Shown: piece by piece, positions 9,249-19,697 of the stretch
How the letters are laid out: every line of letters starts with the position of its first letter
How positions within the stretch are numbered: the first letter of the stretch is position 1
Origin: an uncultured Clostridium sp.
GTDB taxonomy: Bacteria > Bacillota > Clostridia > TANB77 > CAG-508
Reading direction: 5' to 3'
NCBI GenBank assembly: GCA_930987745.1
Contig: CAKNKX010000003.1
Coordinates: 23,149-87,148, forward strand
DNA length: 64,000 bases
Translations under genes and position numbers: made by a program
Notes under the pieces: generated by a model
What the model was told of the DNA's origin: nothing
What the model saw: only the letters and a program-made list of their open reading frames with translations
Databases searched by the model: none

Positions 9249-10146
9249 TTACAATAATTCTATTCCGACTAAAGCCCTATATTCTCCTTTTTTTGTCAAT
9301 GATTTATTATATATTCCTATTATTACATTTTCTATTTTCTTAATTTGTTCTTCATTTTCGATTTCTATATATTCTGGTTTTATCCCTACTAGCATTCCAT
9401 TTTGTTTACCTAATGATGAATATGGTATTAATTTTAGTCTTGTTAAATATTCTTTTTTCGTTTCTTCTTTTATCCCTTCTAAATCACCTCCTATTATTTT
9501 TTCTAAATTATTTAAAATTTCTCGTGGCAGAGCTTCTTCTAGAAGTGTAGATTCTACCACAATTACAGGTGTACCAGTTATAGGTTCTTTTAACATATTA
9601 CCCGAGTCTATCATCGCAATTGTTTCCAATTCTATTCCATTTATTTTTATTTTAATATTACAATACATATCTTTTTTAGTCATTTTTGTTTTTACTATTT
9701 TAAATGCTGTTGTAATTATCAAAAATGCTATTATTGCTCCGAAGCACTACTGTCTTTAGTGGATAAGTTCCTAAAAATAGTCCGTTTTTCATAAGAATAT
9801 CTTGTGGCTTTACAATATATATTAATGCAAATGCTGCTCCTCCAAATACAAACGATGTTAGATAAAATATAAGTAAATCTTTCCACATATTTTTTGCTTT
9901 TTGTGGATTAAATGCTACATATATAATAATGATTGAAAGTATAAATTTTAATATAAAATTAGAATAAACTTTTACTTCTACTACATAAGATATTATTGAA
10001 TAAATTGCTCCAATTAAACTTGCAAGTATTAATCTTAAATGTTTTACTTTTATTTTTAAAATAATTCCTGTTGCATATAAAATTATATAATTCATTACTA
10101 GATTTTCTATTAGTACAACATCAACATAAATAGTCATTGCCATCAC
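9249..10146 (-). CDS. spoIIGA: Sigma-E processing peptidase SpoIIGA. Needs a +1 shift at the in-frame CGG 9739-9741.
   Basis: N-terminal polytopic membrane domain plus a C-terminal aspartic protease part (MIDSGNML). The two ORFs 9700..10146 and 9249..9722 join as ..LKTVVL-GAIIAFLIITTAFK.. when the C is skipped. Confidence 0.8.
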
Positions 10147-10200
10147 CTGCGTATTTTATTTTACTACTTACATTTTAAAAATGTTGTCTTTTTCTATTGT

Positions 10201-10237
10201 AGAAAAAAAGAAATAATCGAGCATTTTCGATTATTTC
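10201..10237 (-). terminator. Rho-independent terminator after ftsZ
   Basis: Perfect 11-bp stem GAAATAATCGA / TCGATTATTTC, followed on the minus strand by a run of Ts. Confidence 0.65.
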
Positions 10238-10265
10238 TTTTAAATAACTTTATTTTTAGTATTTA

Positions 10266-11387
10266 TTACATATTTTTGTTTTTATTTTTTCTTAAGAAAG
10301 AAGGAATGTCTAAATCATTTTGTGAATTATTTGTTTCTGAACTTGCTGGTATTGAATTTATTTTCTTTTCCCATGTTTTTGAAACAATATTATCTACACC
10401 AATACTTGAAATTGGTTCTGGTTTTTCAAATCCTGTTGCAATAACTGTAATTTGGATCTTATCTTCCATGCTTGGGTCTGTAACTGTACCAAAGATAATA
10501 TTTGCTTCTGGGTCTACACTGCGTTGAACTAATTCTGCAGCAGTATTCACTTCATGTAATCCTAAATCTTCTCCACCTGTTATGTTTATAATAACACCTT
10601 TTGCACCTTCAATTGATGTTTCTAGTAATGGACTTTGGATTGCTTCTTTTGCAGCATCTTCTGCTCTGTTTTCTCCTGATGCACTTCCAACTCCCATGTG
10701 TGCCATACCTTGATTTAGCATAATTGTTTTAACATCAGCAAAGTCTAAGTTAACAAGTCCTGGTATTGCAATTAAGTCTGAAATACCTTGTACACCTTGT
10801 CTTAAAACATCATCAGCCATTCTGAAAGCTTCAATTATAGATGTTTTTCTATCTATAATTTGTAATAATTTATCATTTGGAATAACAACTAATGTGTCAA
10901 CTTTTCCTTTTAAACTTTCAATTCCACGTTCAGCTTGTGAAAGTCTTTTCTTTCCTTCAAAAGTGAATGGTTTTGTAACAACACCTATTGTTAATATTCC
11001 CATTTCTTTTGCTGTTGAAGCTACTACTGGTGCAGCACCTGTACCTGTTCCTCCACCCATTCCGGCAGTAACAAATACCATATCTGCTCCTCTTAAAACT
11101 TCTGCAACTTCAGATTTACTTTCTTCTGCTGATTGAGCTCCAATATCAGGATTAGCTCCTGCTCCCAATCCTCTTGTTATTTTTTCTCCTATTTGTATTT
11201 TTGTACTTGCTTTTGATGTTTGTAATGCTTGTCTATCTGTGTTTACTGCAATAAAGTCTACTCCTTTAATTCCTGCATCTATCATTCTGTTTACAGCATT
11301 ATTTCCAGCTCCTCCTACACCAATTACTTTTATAGTTGCTGTTCCATCCATCATTGCTATATTACTATCATCATTGTATTCCATCAT
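10266..11387 (-). CDS. ftsZ: Cell division GTPase FtsZ
   Basis: [10 protein letters not shown] and [11 protein letters not shown] tubulin signature motifs. 373 aa. Confidence 0.97.
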   Translation of the reverse strand: MMEYNDDSNIAMMDGTATIKVIGVGGAGNNAVNRMIDAGIKGVDFIAVNTDRQALQTSKASTKIQIGEKITRGLGAGANPDIGAQSAEESKSEVAEVLRGADMVFVTAGMGGGTGTGAAPVVASTAKEMGILTIGVVTKPFTFEGKKRLSQAERGIESLKGKVDTLVVIPNDKLLQIIDRKTSIIEAFRMADDVLRQGVQGISDLIAIPGLVNLDFADVKTIMLNQGMAHMGVGSASGENRAEDAAKEAIQSPLLETSIEGAKGVIINITGGEDLGLHEVNTAAELVQRSVDPEANIIFGTVTDPSMEDKIQITVIATGFEKPEPISSIGVDNIVSKTWEKKINSIPASSETNNSQNDLDIPSFLRKNKNKNM

Positions 11388-11437
11388 TTAGTTTTTCCTC
11401 CTTAATATTTTTATATGTTTTAAAAATTAATAACTTT

Positions 11438-12668
11438 CTATGAATAAAAGAACTCTTTTATTCTTTCTAAAATATTTTTTATAAAGCTTTCATTGCTTTG
11501 TGTATCAATACTGCTTGATACTGTTTTTGCAAAAGGTCTTGCTGCGATATATCTTACTAATGCATAACTTGTCCTGTATGCTGGTTTAACTGTACTTATT
11601 GCTCTTCCTGTAGAAATTTTTACAGGTATGTTTAAATTGATTTTTCCAGCCACATCACTTTTATTTATATTGACAATTCCTTGTCCTGTTAATACTACAT
11701 TGTTTATTTTATGTTTTAGTCCTTGTCTTGTTATATCTTTACTTATAATTGTAAATATTTCTTCTATTCTTGCTTCAATAATTTCTATAAGTTCTGAACT
11801 TTTTATAATTCTATTTTTATTTTGGTCTTTACTTGTATTTAAAATAATATCATTATCATTGTCTATAAATGATTTTAACGCTAAGCCATATTGTCTTTTT
11901 AATTTGTCAGCTTCTTCTTCAGATATGTTTAAAACTACTGCAATATCATTTGTTATATTATCTCCTCCGAAGTGGAATTGAGTTAGTATATACAAATGTT
12001 GATCCTTCAAATACTCCTATATCAGTATTTCCTGCACCTATATCTAGAAGCATTATATTATCATTTAATTCATGATTATCAAGTATTAAATTTCTTTCTG
12101 CTAGAGTAATTGGAACTATACCATCTATTTCTAGCCCTGCTTTTTTAAATACAGTATTTAATTGTCTTACATAGTCTTTTTCTGCTAAAATAACTTGTGC
12201 ACTGATAGTAAAGCTTGAACTTAAATTTCCCACTGGGTCTGTGACAACTGTTCCATTATCTAATGTAATTTTATCTGGTACTATGTCAATTAAAGTTTTT
12301 CCTTCTGGAATTTCTATATCTTTTACTTGCATTATTGCATTTTGTACATCTCTTACTGATATTCCAGAATATTTATCTTTAACTTCTTTTGTTATACTAT
12401 TTTGTACAATTGTTACATATTTACCTGGAATAGTTACATATGCTGAGTTGATTTTCAAGTTTGTTTGGTCTTCAGCATCTTTTATTGTCTTAGCGATACT
12501 TAAGGCTATTTCTTCTTCATTTATTATTTTTGATTTCTTTAGTCCACTACATTTATATGAGGTATTACATATAATTTCTATTTGTCCAAAGTTGTTTACT
12601 TCTCCTACAACAGTGCTAACTTTGCTTGTTCCTATGTCAATACCTACTATGATATCACCTATAGCCAA
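11438..12668 (-). CDS. ftsA: Cell division protein FtsA. Needs a +1 shift at the in-frame CGG 11967-11969.
   Basis: Actin-like ATPase (VGIDIGTSKV, LLDIGAGNTDIGVF). ORFs 11958..12695 and 11438..12010 join as ..TNSIPL-GGDNITNDIAVVLN.. when the C is skipped. Start placed at TTG 12668, downstream of a GGAGG. Confidence 0.85.
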
Positions 12669-12821
12669 GTTAATTCCTCCATTTTTTAGTATCAATTTTC
12701 TATGTGTAATTTATATCTTATTTTTTGACAAATGTCAATAGAATTTGTTATATTTTTGTAATATTTTTGTAATACTTTTGTAATAGTAAATTTTTTTGAA
12801 ACAGGATTATAATCCTGTTTC

Positions 12822-13226
12822 TTAATTCTCTGTATTTTCTACTATTTTCTCTTTTTCACCTTTTTCTGGTTTCTTTTTTTCTAACTTATTTAGCCATTTA
12901 TCTACATAGTATCTTCTTATAATTGCTAAGTTTACAAACATTCTTCCTACAAAAACTACTATTGCTGCTAAGTAAATATCTACATTTAATTTTTGACCCA
13001 AGATTGTAAGTAAAATTGCAAGTATTGCATTTCCAAAAAATCCTGTTGCAAATATTTTCAAATCAAAGTTTTTATTGATTACTGATGCTATTCCTCCAAA
13101 TACAGAATCAAGTGCTGCAATTATTGCTATTGCTAAATAACTTGAATATGTATATGAAATCATTGGCGCATTCATTCCTATTATTGCTCCCAATATACAT
13201 CCTATTAATATTGCTATAAACATCAT
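12822..13226 (-). CDS. sbp: Small basic membrane protein (DUF1290, Sbp-like)
   Basis: 134-aa hydrophobic protein in the conserved position between the DUF881 genes and ftsA. Confidence 0.6.
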   Translation of the reverse strand: MMFIAILIGCILGAIIGMNAPMISYTYSSYLAIAIIAALDSVFGGIASVINKNFDLKIFATGFFGNAILAILLTILGQKLNVDIYLAAIVVFVGRMFVNLAIIRRYYVDKWLNKLEKKKPEKGEKEKIVENTEN

Positions 13227-13238
13227 AACTTTCCCCTC

Positions 13239-13949
13239 CTATTCCATATATCTTGTTTTTATTTCACCACTATATTTTGTTATTTTTATATTATCCTTTT
13301 TCTCTATTGAAACATCTTGACCTACTTTGTTCATTGTGTCTACTTGTCCTCCATTTCCAAGTAAAGCACTTTCTAAATATGTTTGATTTCCAATTGCCTT
13401 TATTGTGTATGGAGCTAAAATTCTCTGACCATTTACTCTTATTATATCTGCTCCATCTATATATACTACATCTGTCATATTTATTATTCTTTCATCATTT
13501 ATTGATATTGCTTCTGCTCCTGCTTGTTTTAATGCATTTATTATTAGTAATAAATCATCTGCTGTAACTTTTTCTACTGTTTCATCCTCTGTTTCATTTA
13601 TTGTTATTTCTATTCCTTGTCCTTCTACATCTGTATTTCCTAATAATAAATTTACATTGTCTAATTCTTCATCTACTAATTTTTCAGTTTCATCATTAGA
13701 CTCACTTGTTTGTTTATATTCTTCTATTCTAGATAAAGTATCTTCATATTGTGCATTTACTTCATCATATCTTGATTGCCAATTTGCAAGTTCTGTTCTT
13801 AGCTCTGATTCTCTCATATTTTCAATTGCTGTTATATCTGTTTCATTTACTATTTTAAACTGCATTGTCATGACAAGTGCTAAAGCAAAACAAGCTATTG
13901 CTGCTGTTATTATCATTGTGATTTTACCTTTTTTTAGTTTTGTTTTCAT
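13239..13949 (-). CDS. DUF881 family division/sporulation-cluster protein (YlxX-like)
   Basis: N-terminal TM segment, coiled coil, and a C-terminal ..LKQAGAEAISINDERI... signature shared with its paralog next door. Confidence 0.65.
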   Translation of the reverse strand: MKTKLKKGKITMIITAAIACFALALVMTMQFKIVNETDITAIENMRESELRTELANWQSRYDEVNAQYEDTLSRIEEYKQTSESNDETEKLVDEELDNVNLLLGNTDVEGQGIEITINETEDETVEKVTADDLLLIINALKQAGAEAISINDERIINMTDVVYIDGADIIRVNGQRILAPYTIKAIGNQTYLESALLGNGGQVDTMNKVGQDVSIEKKDNIKITKYSGEIKTRYME

Positions 13950-13963
13950 GCCTTTCCTCCTTT

Positions 13964-14683
13964 TTATTCTACGGTCTTAGCATATTTATATGTGATTACT
14001 CCATTATATTTTGGAATTGTTATATTGTTTGATTTTTCTAGTACTGCTCCTATACTATAACTTCTTAATCTTTCTAAATATCCTCCTGGTCTTTCTAATG
14101 CTGCTAATTGTTCAGGAAGCCCTATTGCTTTTATTACAAAAGGTGCACCCACTTTTTCTCCATTTATATCAATTATATTTCCTCCACATGAAATACTAGT
14201 TGTTGGAACTATTCTTTGGTCATTTATTGATATTGCTTCTGCACCTGCATTTTTTAATTCGTTTATAACACTTAATACATCGCCATCATGGACAACTAAA
14301 TCACTTGGGTTTAATGCTGTACTTGAATCTTGATTACTATCACTTAAAGTTACAATTACTCCTGGTCCTGTAACTTCTGTTAATCCAATCATTTTATTTC
14401 CTTGAACTATTTGCTCTTCTTTAGACTCTAAGTCCTCATTATTTTGTGTTGATTCTTGTCTTTGTTTTTCTAGTTCTGCTTCTGCAGTTTCTAAATCTTT
14501 AAGTCTATTTTCATATCTTTCTTTTGTTCTTAAGACTTCTGCTCTTAAATTATTTTCCTCATAATTTTGGCTGACTGTTGAGTCAGATTGACTCGTTGTT
14601 CTTACTTGAATGCAAATACCTGCTGTTAATGCAAAACACATTATTCCCAAAACTATGCTAATTACCTTTTTGTTTGTTGTCAT
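13964..14683 (-). CDS. DUF881 family division/sporulation-cluster protein (YlxW-like)
   Basis: Same architecture as the neighbouring gene; LKNAGAEAISINDQRI motif. Confidence 0.65.
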   Translation of the reverse strand: MTTNKKVISIVLGIMCFALTAGICIQVRTTSQSDSTVSQNYEENNLRAEVLRTKERYENRLKDLETAEAELEKQRQESTQNNEDLESKEEQIVQGNKMIGLTEVTGPGVIVTLSDSNQDSSTALNPSDLVVHDGDVLSVINELKNAGAEAISINDQRIVPTTSISCGGNIIDINGEKVGAPFVIKAIGLPEQLAALERPGGYLERLRSYSIGAVLEKSNNITIPKYNGVITYKYAKTVE

Positions 14684-14695
14684 TTTTTCACCTCT

Positions 14696-15703
14696 TTATA
14701 TTGTTACTTTTTCTCTAAAATATGGTTGGAATTTATTATTTAAATCTCCATTTACATATATATCTCCTGCAATTCCCGCTTCATGTTCTAACATTGTTAA
14801 AATATATAAGATTTTATTATTTAAATTACTATTGTCACCTAAATGTATTGTTTTTTGTTCTTCTTCTAGATATATACTATATTCGTTTTTATCAGTTATG
14901 TCAATACTTGTTATTTTTGAAGCTAATTCATTTGATTCAAAAGCTACATATATTTCTAAAACATCTTCTAGTTTTTCTAAATCTTCACTATTTAATCTGC
15001 TTCCAGGTGTTACTTCTTCTTCAGCTGTACTTATTCCTCTAATTATTGGCATTTGTTTACTATCTTCTGATATCTCTAATATATATCCCTGATTGTCAAT
15101 ATACGCAAATTTTCCCATAAAATCTACACTAAATTTTGGCTGTCTTTCTGTTACTTCTATTTCTATTGTGTTTGGCAATTTTCTATGAATTATCGCTTCT
15201 TTTATATATGGATTTTCCTCTATTTTTTCAGCTACTGTTCCATTATAAAATCTAAATATATTCTCATCTTGTTTTAATCCTGACAAACTAATTACAGTTT
15301 CACTACTAACTAAACTATTATTTAATACTTTTATGTCTTTTATGTTAAAAATTGGTGAAGTCATTGCAAAAACTGTTGCACCTGCGATTAAGCCAATTAT
15401 TATAAAGAGTTTTAAAAAGAATTTTATTTTTTTATATTTCTTCTTCTTTTTTTGAATTTTACTGTTTTCTATTTTTCTTCTTTGCTCTTCTTTTTTTATC
15501 CTATTTCTATTTGTCATATTTATAACTGTTTCTAAATCTTCATCGATTTTTGTATTGTCATTTTCTTTTTTTCTCTCTTTTATTCTTTTTTCTCTTTCTT
15601 TGGCTTTTCTTTTCTTTTCTTTCTCATCTAACATATTGTTACTTACTTGTCCATTATTCATATAATATAAATCATTGCCAATATTTTTAGAGTGTTTTGC
15701 CAC
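14696..15703 (-). CDS. divIB: Cell division protein DivIB/FtsQ (POTRA domain)
   Basis: Lys-rich cytoplasmic tail, a single TM segment, then a POTRA/FtsQ-type domain (FNIKDIKVLNN...). Conserved position downstream of murA. Confidence 0.7.
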   Translation of the reverse strand: MAKHSKNIGNDLYYMNNGQVSNNMLDEKEKKRKAKEREKRIKERKKENDNTKIDEDLETVINMTNRNRIKKEEQRRKIENSKIQKKKKKYKKIKFFLKLFIIIGLIAGATVFAMTSPIFNIKDIKVLNNSLVSSETVISLSGLKQDENIFRFYNGTVAEKIEENPYIKEAIIHRKLPNTIEIEVTERQPKFSVDFMGKFAYIDNQGYILEISEDSKQMPIIRGISTAEEEVTPGSRLNSEDLEKLEDVLEIYVAFESNELASKITSIDITDKNEYSIYLEEEQKTIHLGDNSNLNNKILYILTMLEHEAGIAGDIYVNGDLNNKFQPYFREKVTI

Positions 15704-15761
15704 AACTTTTCCTCCTTTGTTGATTTATTATCTGTATTAGGAAGGGCATTTTCTGCCCTTT

Positions 15762-16669
15762 CTAATTTTCTTTTATAATATTTATTCCTATTTTTCTTAA
15801 CTTCTCATCAAATCTCTCATAACCTCTTAATATATATTCTATGTTTTCAATAGTTGTCTTTCCTCTTGCACCTGCTCCTGCAAGCACTAATGCTGCCCCA
15901 CCTCTTAAGTCTGTTGCTTTTACTTTTGCTCCGTCTAACCTTTTTACTCCTTTTATTACCGCCATTTTTCCTTCTACTGATATTTTTGCTCCCATTCTTA
16001 TTAATTCTCCGTGTGTATTTAAATCTGTTTTCAAATATATTTTCTATTATAACAGATGTTCCTTTGGCTGTTGTAAGAGTTGCTCCTAATATTGCTTGCA
16101 TATCTGTTGGGAAACCTGGATAAGGCATTGTTTTTATATTTATTCCTTTTAATCTTTTTGGTGCTTTTATTTCTATAGTGTTTTTGCTTGCACAAATATT
16201 ACATCCTGCTTCTTCTAATTTATCTATTATTGGTACAATATGAGTCTGCTCTGTATTTTCTAGCAAAAGATTTCCACCTGTAATTGCTGATAAACATAAA
16301 AATGTTCCTGTTTCTATTCTATCTGGCATTATATTGTAACTTACATCTTTTAGTTTTTTTACACCTTTAACTTCTATTTTATTTGAACCTGCACCTTTTA
16401 CTTTTGCTCCCATCCTATTTAAGAAATTTTGTAAATCTATAATTTCTGGTTCTCTTGCTACATTTGTAATTATTGTTGTTCCTTCTCCTAAACAGCTTGC
16501 AAGTATTGCATTTTCAGTTGCTCCAACACTTGGAAATTCAAAGTCGATTTTTTCTCCATATATTTTATCACAAAAGCACTTAATTTTTCCATAGTTTTTG
16601 TCAATATTTATTCCCAATTTTTCAAATGCTTTTAAATGTAAATCAATTGGTCTTGTTCCTATGTCACAA
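15762..16669 (-). pseudogene. murA: murA (UDP-N-acetylglucosamine 1-carboxyvinyltransferase), 3-prime segment. Separated from its 5-prime segment by the 10.2 kb element, and also needs a +1 shift at CGG 16009-16011.
   Basis: ..CDIGTRPIDLHLKAFEKLGINIDKNYG ... IIENIFENRFKYT-(C)-GELIRMGAKISVEGK ... RGYERFDEKLRKIGINI. ORFs 15847..16617 and 15762..16034 join at the CGG. Confidence 0.8.
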
Positions 16670-18307
16670 CCTCCTGTTTGTGATAGTTTGTGGATACATA
16701 AACTTCAAATGGAATGCTAGACCTCCATTTTCATAGAGTTCTTTATACAATTCATCATTTAAGTTATATTCTTCTTTCTGTTCTTTTGTTATTTCTTTGG
16801 GATCAAATACTACGATTTTATCAAATAATCTCGATAGTTCTTCTTTTGTTAGTCCATTTTTCTTTATGTCATCTATTGCTTTAAAGATTAAATCTTCTTT
16901 ATCTTCTAGTTTGTTTAATGTATTAAACTTGTTTTCGGTTTCTTCTAGTTTTTCTTTCTCGTTTTTTAACTTCTTTTCTAATTCTTGCTTTTTGTCTTTA
17001 TATATAAATTCTGGAATTAAGTCATTTAACTTATCTTCATATACTTGTTTGAATTGTTTTTCTAGTTTTTCTATAGTTTGATTATGCTTATTTAAGTCTT
17101 TTTCTAAAGTAACTTTATTGGTATTAATTGCTTTTACATTGTTCATTACAAAATCTTTGAACTCTGGATTGCTAATTAAGTTATCAATATATGCATTTAC
17201 GATTTGGTCTAAATATTCTATTCTTATTCTGTGTGGTTTGCAACCATAATCTGGTCTTATATCTTTTATAGTTCCTTCATTGCTATATTTTTTACATAAA
17301 TAACTATCTGGTCTTTTTCTTGTGCCACTTGTTCCTTTTCTTTTATACATTGCTGTTCCACATCTTCCACAATATAAAAGTCCTGAGTATAAATTGTTTT
17401 CTACATCTACAAACTTGAAACCATTATTGTATTTATCGCTTTCTTTTTTTCTTTTCTTTCTAATTTTTTGTACCTTTTCAAATAGTTCTTTATCAATAAT
17501 TGGTTCATGATGGTTTTCTATTATAGTCCATTCTGACTCATCTTTTACTCTTGTTTTTTTAGATTTAAAACTTACTTTTTCAGTATGTCCCCCTACATAA
17601 TCTCCAATATATCTTCTATCATCTAAAATTCGTACTATATGCTGTGCTTTCCAATTTGCAGTTTGTTTTGCATTTGTAAAGTTTCTGCTTTGAGATGGTG
17701 TTGGTACTCCTTTTTTATTCAGATATGTTGCAATCTTTTGATATCCCCAGTCTTTAGAATATAGTTCAAATATTTCTTTAACGGCAGGAGCTGTTTCTTC
17801 ATTTATTACTAATTTTTTTCCATCTTTGTTATATCCATAAATTGCTTTCACGAGTAAATCTCCTTCTTCTATTTTATGTCTTAAATTTCTTCTTATATTT
17901 TTACTATCATCTCTTGCTCTTCTTTCATTAAACCACGCATATAGTCCAAACATTTCTTCATTATATTGTTCATCTTCAAATATTATTTCTACACCTTGCA
18001 TCTCAAGGTATTCTACAAAGTCTAATGCCTCTTTTTGATTTCTTCCAAGTCTTGCAGAGTTTTTAAAAACGATTACATCTATTTCTTTATTTTTAGCTTT
18101 TTCTCTTATATCATCAAATCTGCTAAAGTCTGTACCGCTTTTGTCATCATCCATTATAATGTCTACTATATTTGTATATCCATGACCTTTACAATATTTT
18201 ACAAGTAAATCTCTTTGGGTTTCTATTCTTTCATAGTTTTCACCATAGTCATCTCTACTTTCTCTGCAATATATTACAACTCTTTTTTCTTCATTAGACT
18301 TTTTCAT
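16664..18307 (-). CDS. Large serine recombinase (resolvase/invertase N-domain plus recombinase and zinc-ribbon domains)
   Basis: VVIYCRESRDD...(catalytic Ser region), GRNQKEALDF, and a C-terminal CGRCGTAMY..C zinc ribbon plus coiled coil. The stop codon TGA (16664-16666) lies inside murA sequence across the junction. Start placed at ATG 18307, after GGAGGTG. Confidence 0.85.
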   Translation of the reverse strand: MKKSNEEKRVVIYCRESRDDYGENYERIETQRDLLVKYCKGHGYTNIVDIIMDDDKSGTDFSRFDDIREKAKNKEIDVIVFKNSARLGRNQKEALDFVEYLEMQGVEIIFEDEQYNEEMFGLYAWFNERRARDDSKNIRRNLRHKIEEGDLLVKAIYGYNKDGKKLVINEETAPAVKEIFELYSKDWGYQKIATYLNKKGVPTPSQSRNFTNAKQTANWKAQHIVRILDDRRYIGDYVGGHTEKVSFKSKKTRVKDESEWTIIENHHEPIIDKELFEKVQKIRKKRKKESDKYNNGFKFVDVENNLYSGLLYCGRCGTAMYKRKGTSGTRKRPDSYLCKKYSNEGTIKDIRPDYGCKPHRIRIEYLDQIVNAYIDNLISNPEFKDFVMNNVKAINTNKVTLEKDLNKHNQTIEKLEKQFKQVYEDKLNDLIPEFIYKDKKQELEKKLKNEKEKLEETENKFNTLNKLEDKEDLIFKAIDDIKKNGLTKEELSRLFDKIVVFDPKEITKEQKEEYNLNDELYKELYENGGLAFHLKFMYPQTITNRRL

Positions 18308-18380
18308 TTTGCACCTCCATTTATAATGTATCAATAACATTTTATTTTATGTATTGTTTTATTGTCGCCATTATATATAA

Positions 18381-18427
18381 AAAGTTCCAAAATTTCAAGT
18401 CATTCCTTGAAATTTTAGAACTTTTTT
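18381..18427 (-). terminator. Long hairpin terminator between the Bro-N-like gene and the recombinase gene
   Basis: 20-bp arms AAAAGTTCCAAAATTTCAAG / CTTGAAATTTTAGAACTTTT with one mismatch; T runs on both sides. Confidence 0.6.
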
Positions 18428-18541
18428 CAGTTGGCTACAAATTGTTACCAACTTGTTAGTAATGCTTAACAGTTTATTTGTATCAGATGACTACAATTTG
18501 AAGTCATCTGGTAGCAATCTGTTACCAGTTGATCAGAATTA

Positions 18542-19420
18542 CTAAATATCTTCATTTTCATTTTTATCAGAAATCTTTTTAACTTTTTTGTCTTCTATAT
18601 ATTCGTAATTTAATTTATTTGTTTTAGTTACAACAGACTCTCCAAGATTTTTTTCAATATCTTCCCTGGCAACTTTCGCAGCATGTCCTCCCATTTTAGC
18701 AACTTTAATATTTTCCTTTAATCCATTTGGTTTTTGCTTAGTTGCTAATCTCTTAGTAGCTTCCTCTGATAAATCTGTTAATATTAGTTCTATATTGTCC
18801 ATATTATCTCTTAAATTTTCTTTTCTCAATCCTTTATATTGCTTATATTCTTTTGCTGTCATTCCAGACCATTCTTTATATATTTCATTTGTTAAAATTG
18901 CATATTCAATATTACTTTCAATTCCATTTTCTTTCCATACATCAGTTAATTTTTTTCGTTCTTGAATTGATTTCATTCTTTTAGCAATCCATTCTTCATC
19001 ATATCCTTTTGTTCGGTACAAATCAATAGCTCTTTGTAATGCTATTGATGGATCAAAAGTTTCATCAACTCTTTCTTTTCCTAGATGTGCTAACCATTGT
19101 TTTATTGGTTCAGCATTTTTTGAAGGAATTGATTCTATTATACGAAACATTCCTTCAATATCACACACATCTGTCATACGATATTTTCCATCTTGAGATT
19201 TTAATTTCAACTGTCCGATTTTTTCGGACACTTCAAATCCATCTTTTATTAAATTCTTTTTCAAATCACTCCAATACTTTCTTGGTCTGTTGCTTCCTGA
19301 TATTACACCAACAATATCTACTATACTGATATAATATTTTTCTTCATCTTTATCCCATATTGTTCTTATTGTTTCATTATTAAATAATTTATTTATTAAT
19401 TGCATTTTATTTTCGTCCAT
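18542..19420 (-). CDS. Bro-N domain / DinD-like (DNA-damage-inducible protein D-like) protein
   Basis: N-terminal Bro-N-like segment (IRTIWDKDEEKYYISIVDIVGVISGS...PRKYWSDLKK), followed by a region resembling DinD/antirepressor-type proteins. Confidence 0.5.
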   Translation of the reverse strand: MDENKMQLINKLFNNETIRTIWDKDEEKYYISIVDIVGVISGSNRPRKYWSDLKKNLIKDGFEVSEKIGQLKLKSQDGKYRMTDVCDIEGMFRIIESIPSKNAEPIKQWLAHLGKERVDETFDPSIALQRAIDLYRTKGYDEEWIAKRMKSIQERKKLTDVWKENGIESNIEYAILTNEIYKEWSGMTAKEYKQYKGLRKENLRDNMDNIELILTDLSEEATKRLATKQKPNGLKENIKVAKMGGHAAKVAREDIEKNLGESVVTKTNKLNYEYIEDKKVKKISDKNENEDI

Positions 19421-19438
19421 TTTATACCTCTTTTCCTT

Positions 19439-19465
19439 AAGTTGTTCGGAAATTCCGAATAACTT
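19439..19465. promoter_or_regulatory. Near-perfect 13-1-13 palindrome (candidate operator) in the leader of the Bro-N-like gene
   Basis: AAGTTGTTCGGAA A TTCCGAATAACTT, with one arm mismatch, 19 nt upstream of the ATG at 19420. Confidence 0.5.
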
Positions 19466-19544
19466 AAAATCTCTTTTATTTCTTCTATTTATATCATAAT
19501 CCTAACAATTTTTCAATACATTTACGAAAGTTTGTTCTTGTTTT

Positions 19545-19697
19545 TTATTTATATTTTTCTTGTATTCTATCAGATATAATATCGGTGAATACCTGTTTAT
19601 AATCTTGAGTATCACCCACATTTGATTTTGGACATATAAAAACTGCAAATGGTAGTTTTTCTTTTTGCTTCTCATCCTTATCATTCTTTTTTGTCAT
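19545..19697 (-). CDS. Possible 50-aa ORF (MTKKNDKDEKQKEKLPFAVFICPKSNVGDTQDYKQVFTDIISDRIQEKYK)
   Basis: ATG preceded by AGGTAGGTG. More protein-like than the overlapping low-complexity track ORF 19502..19684. No family recognised. Confidence 0.3.
   Translation of the reverse strand: MTKKNDKDEKQKEKLPFAVFICPKSNVGDTQDYKQVFTDIISDRIQEKYK

Noticed and set aside
19502-19684. The 60-aa track ORF MIRMRSKKKNYHLQF...
   Set aside because: Low-complexity product with no SD. An alternative 50-aa ORF in another frame (19545..19697) has an SD, although it too has only low confidence.
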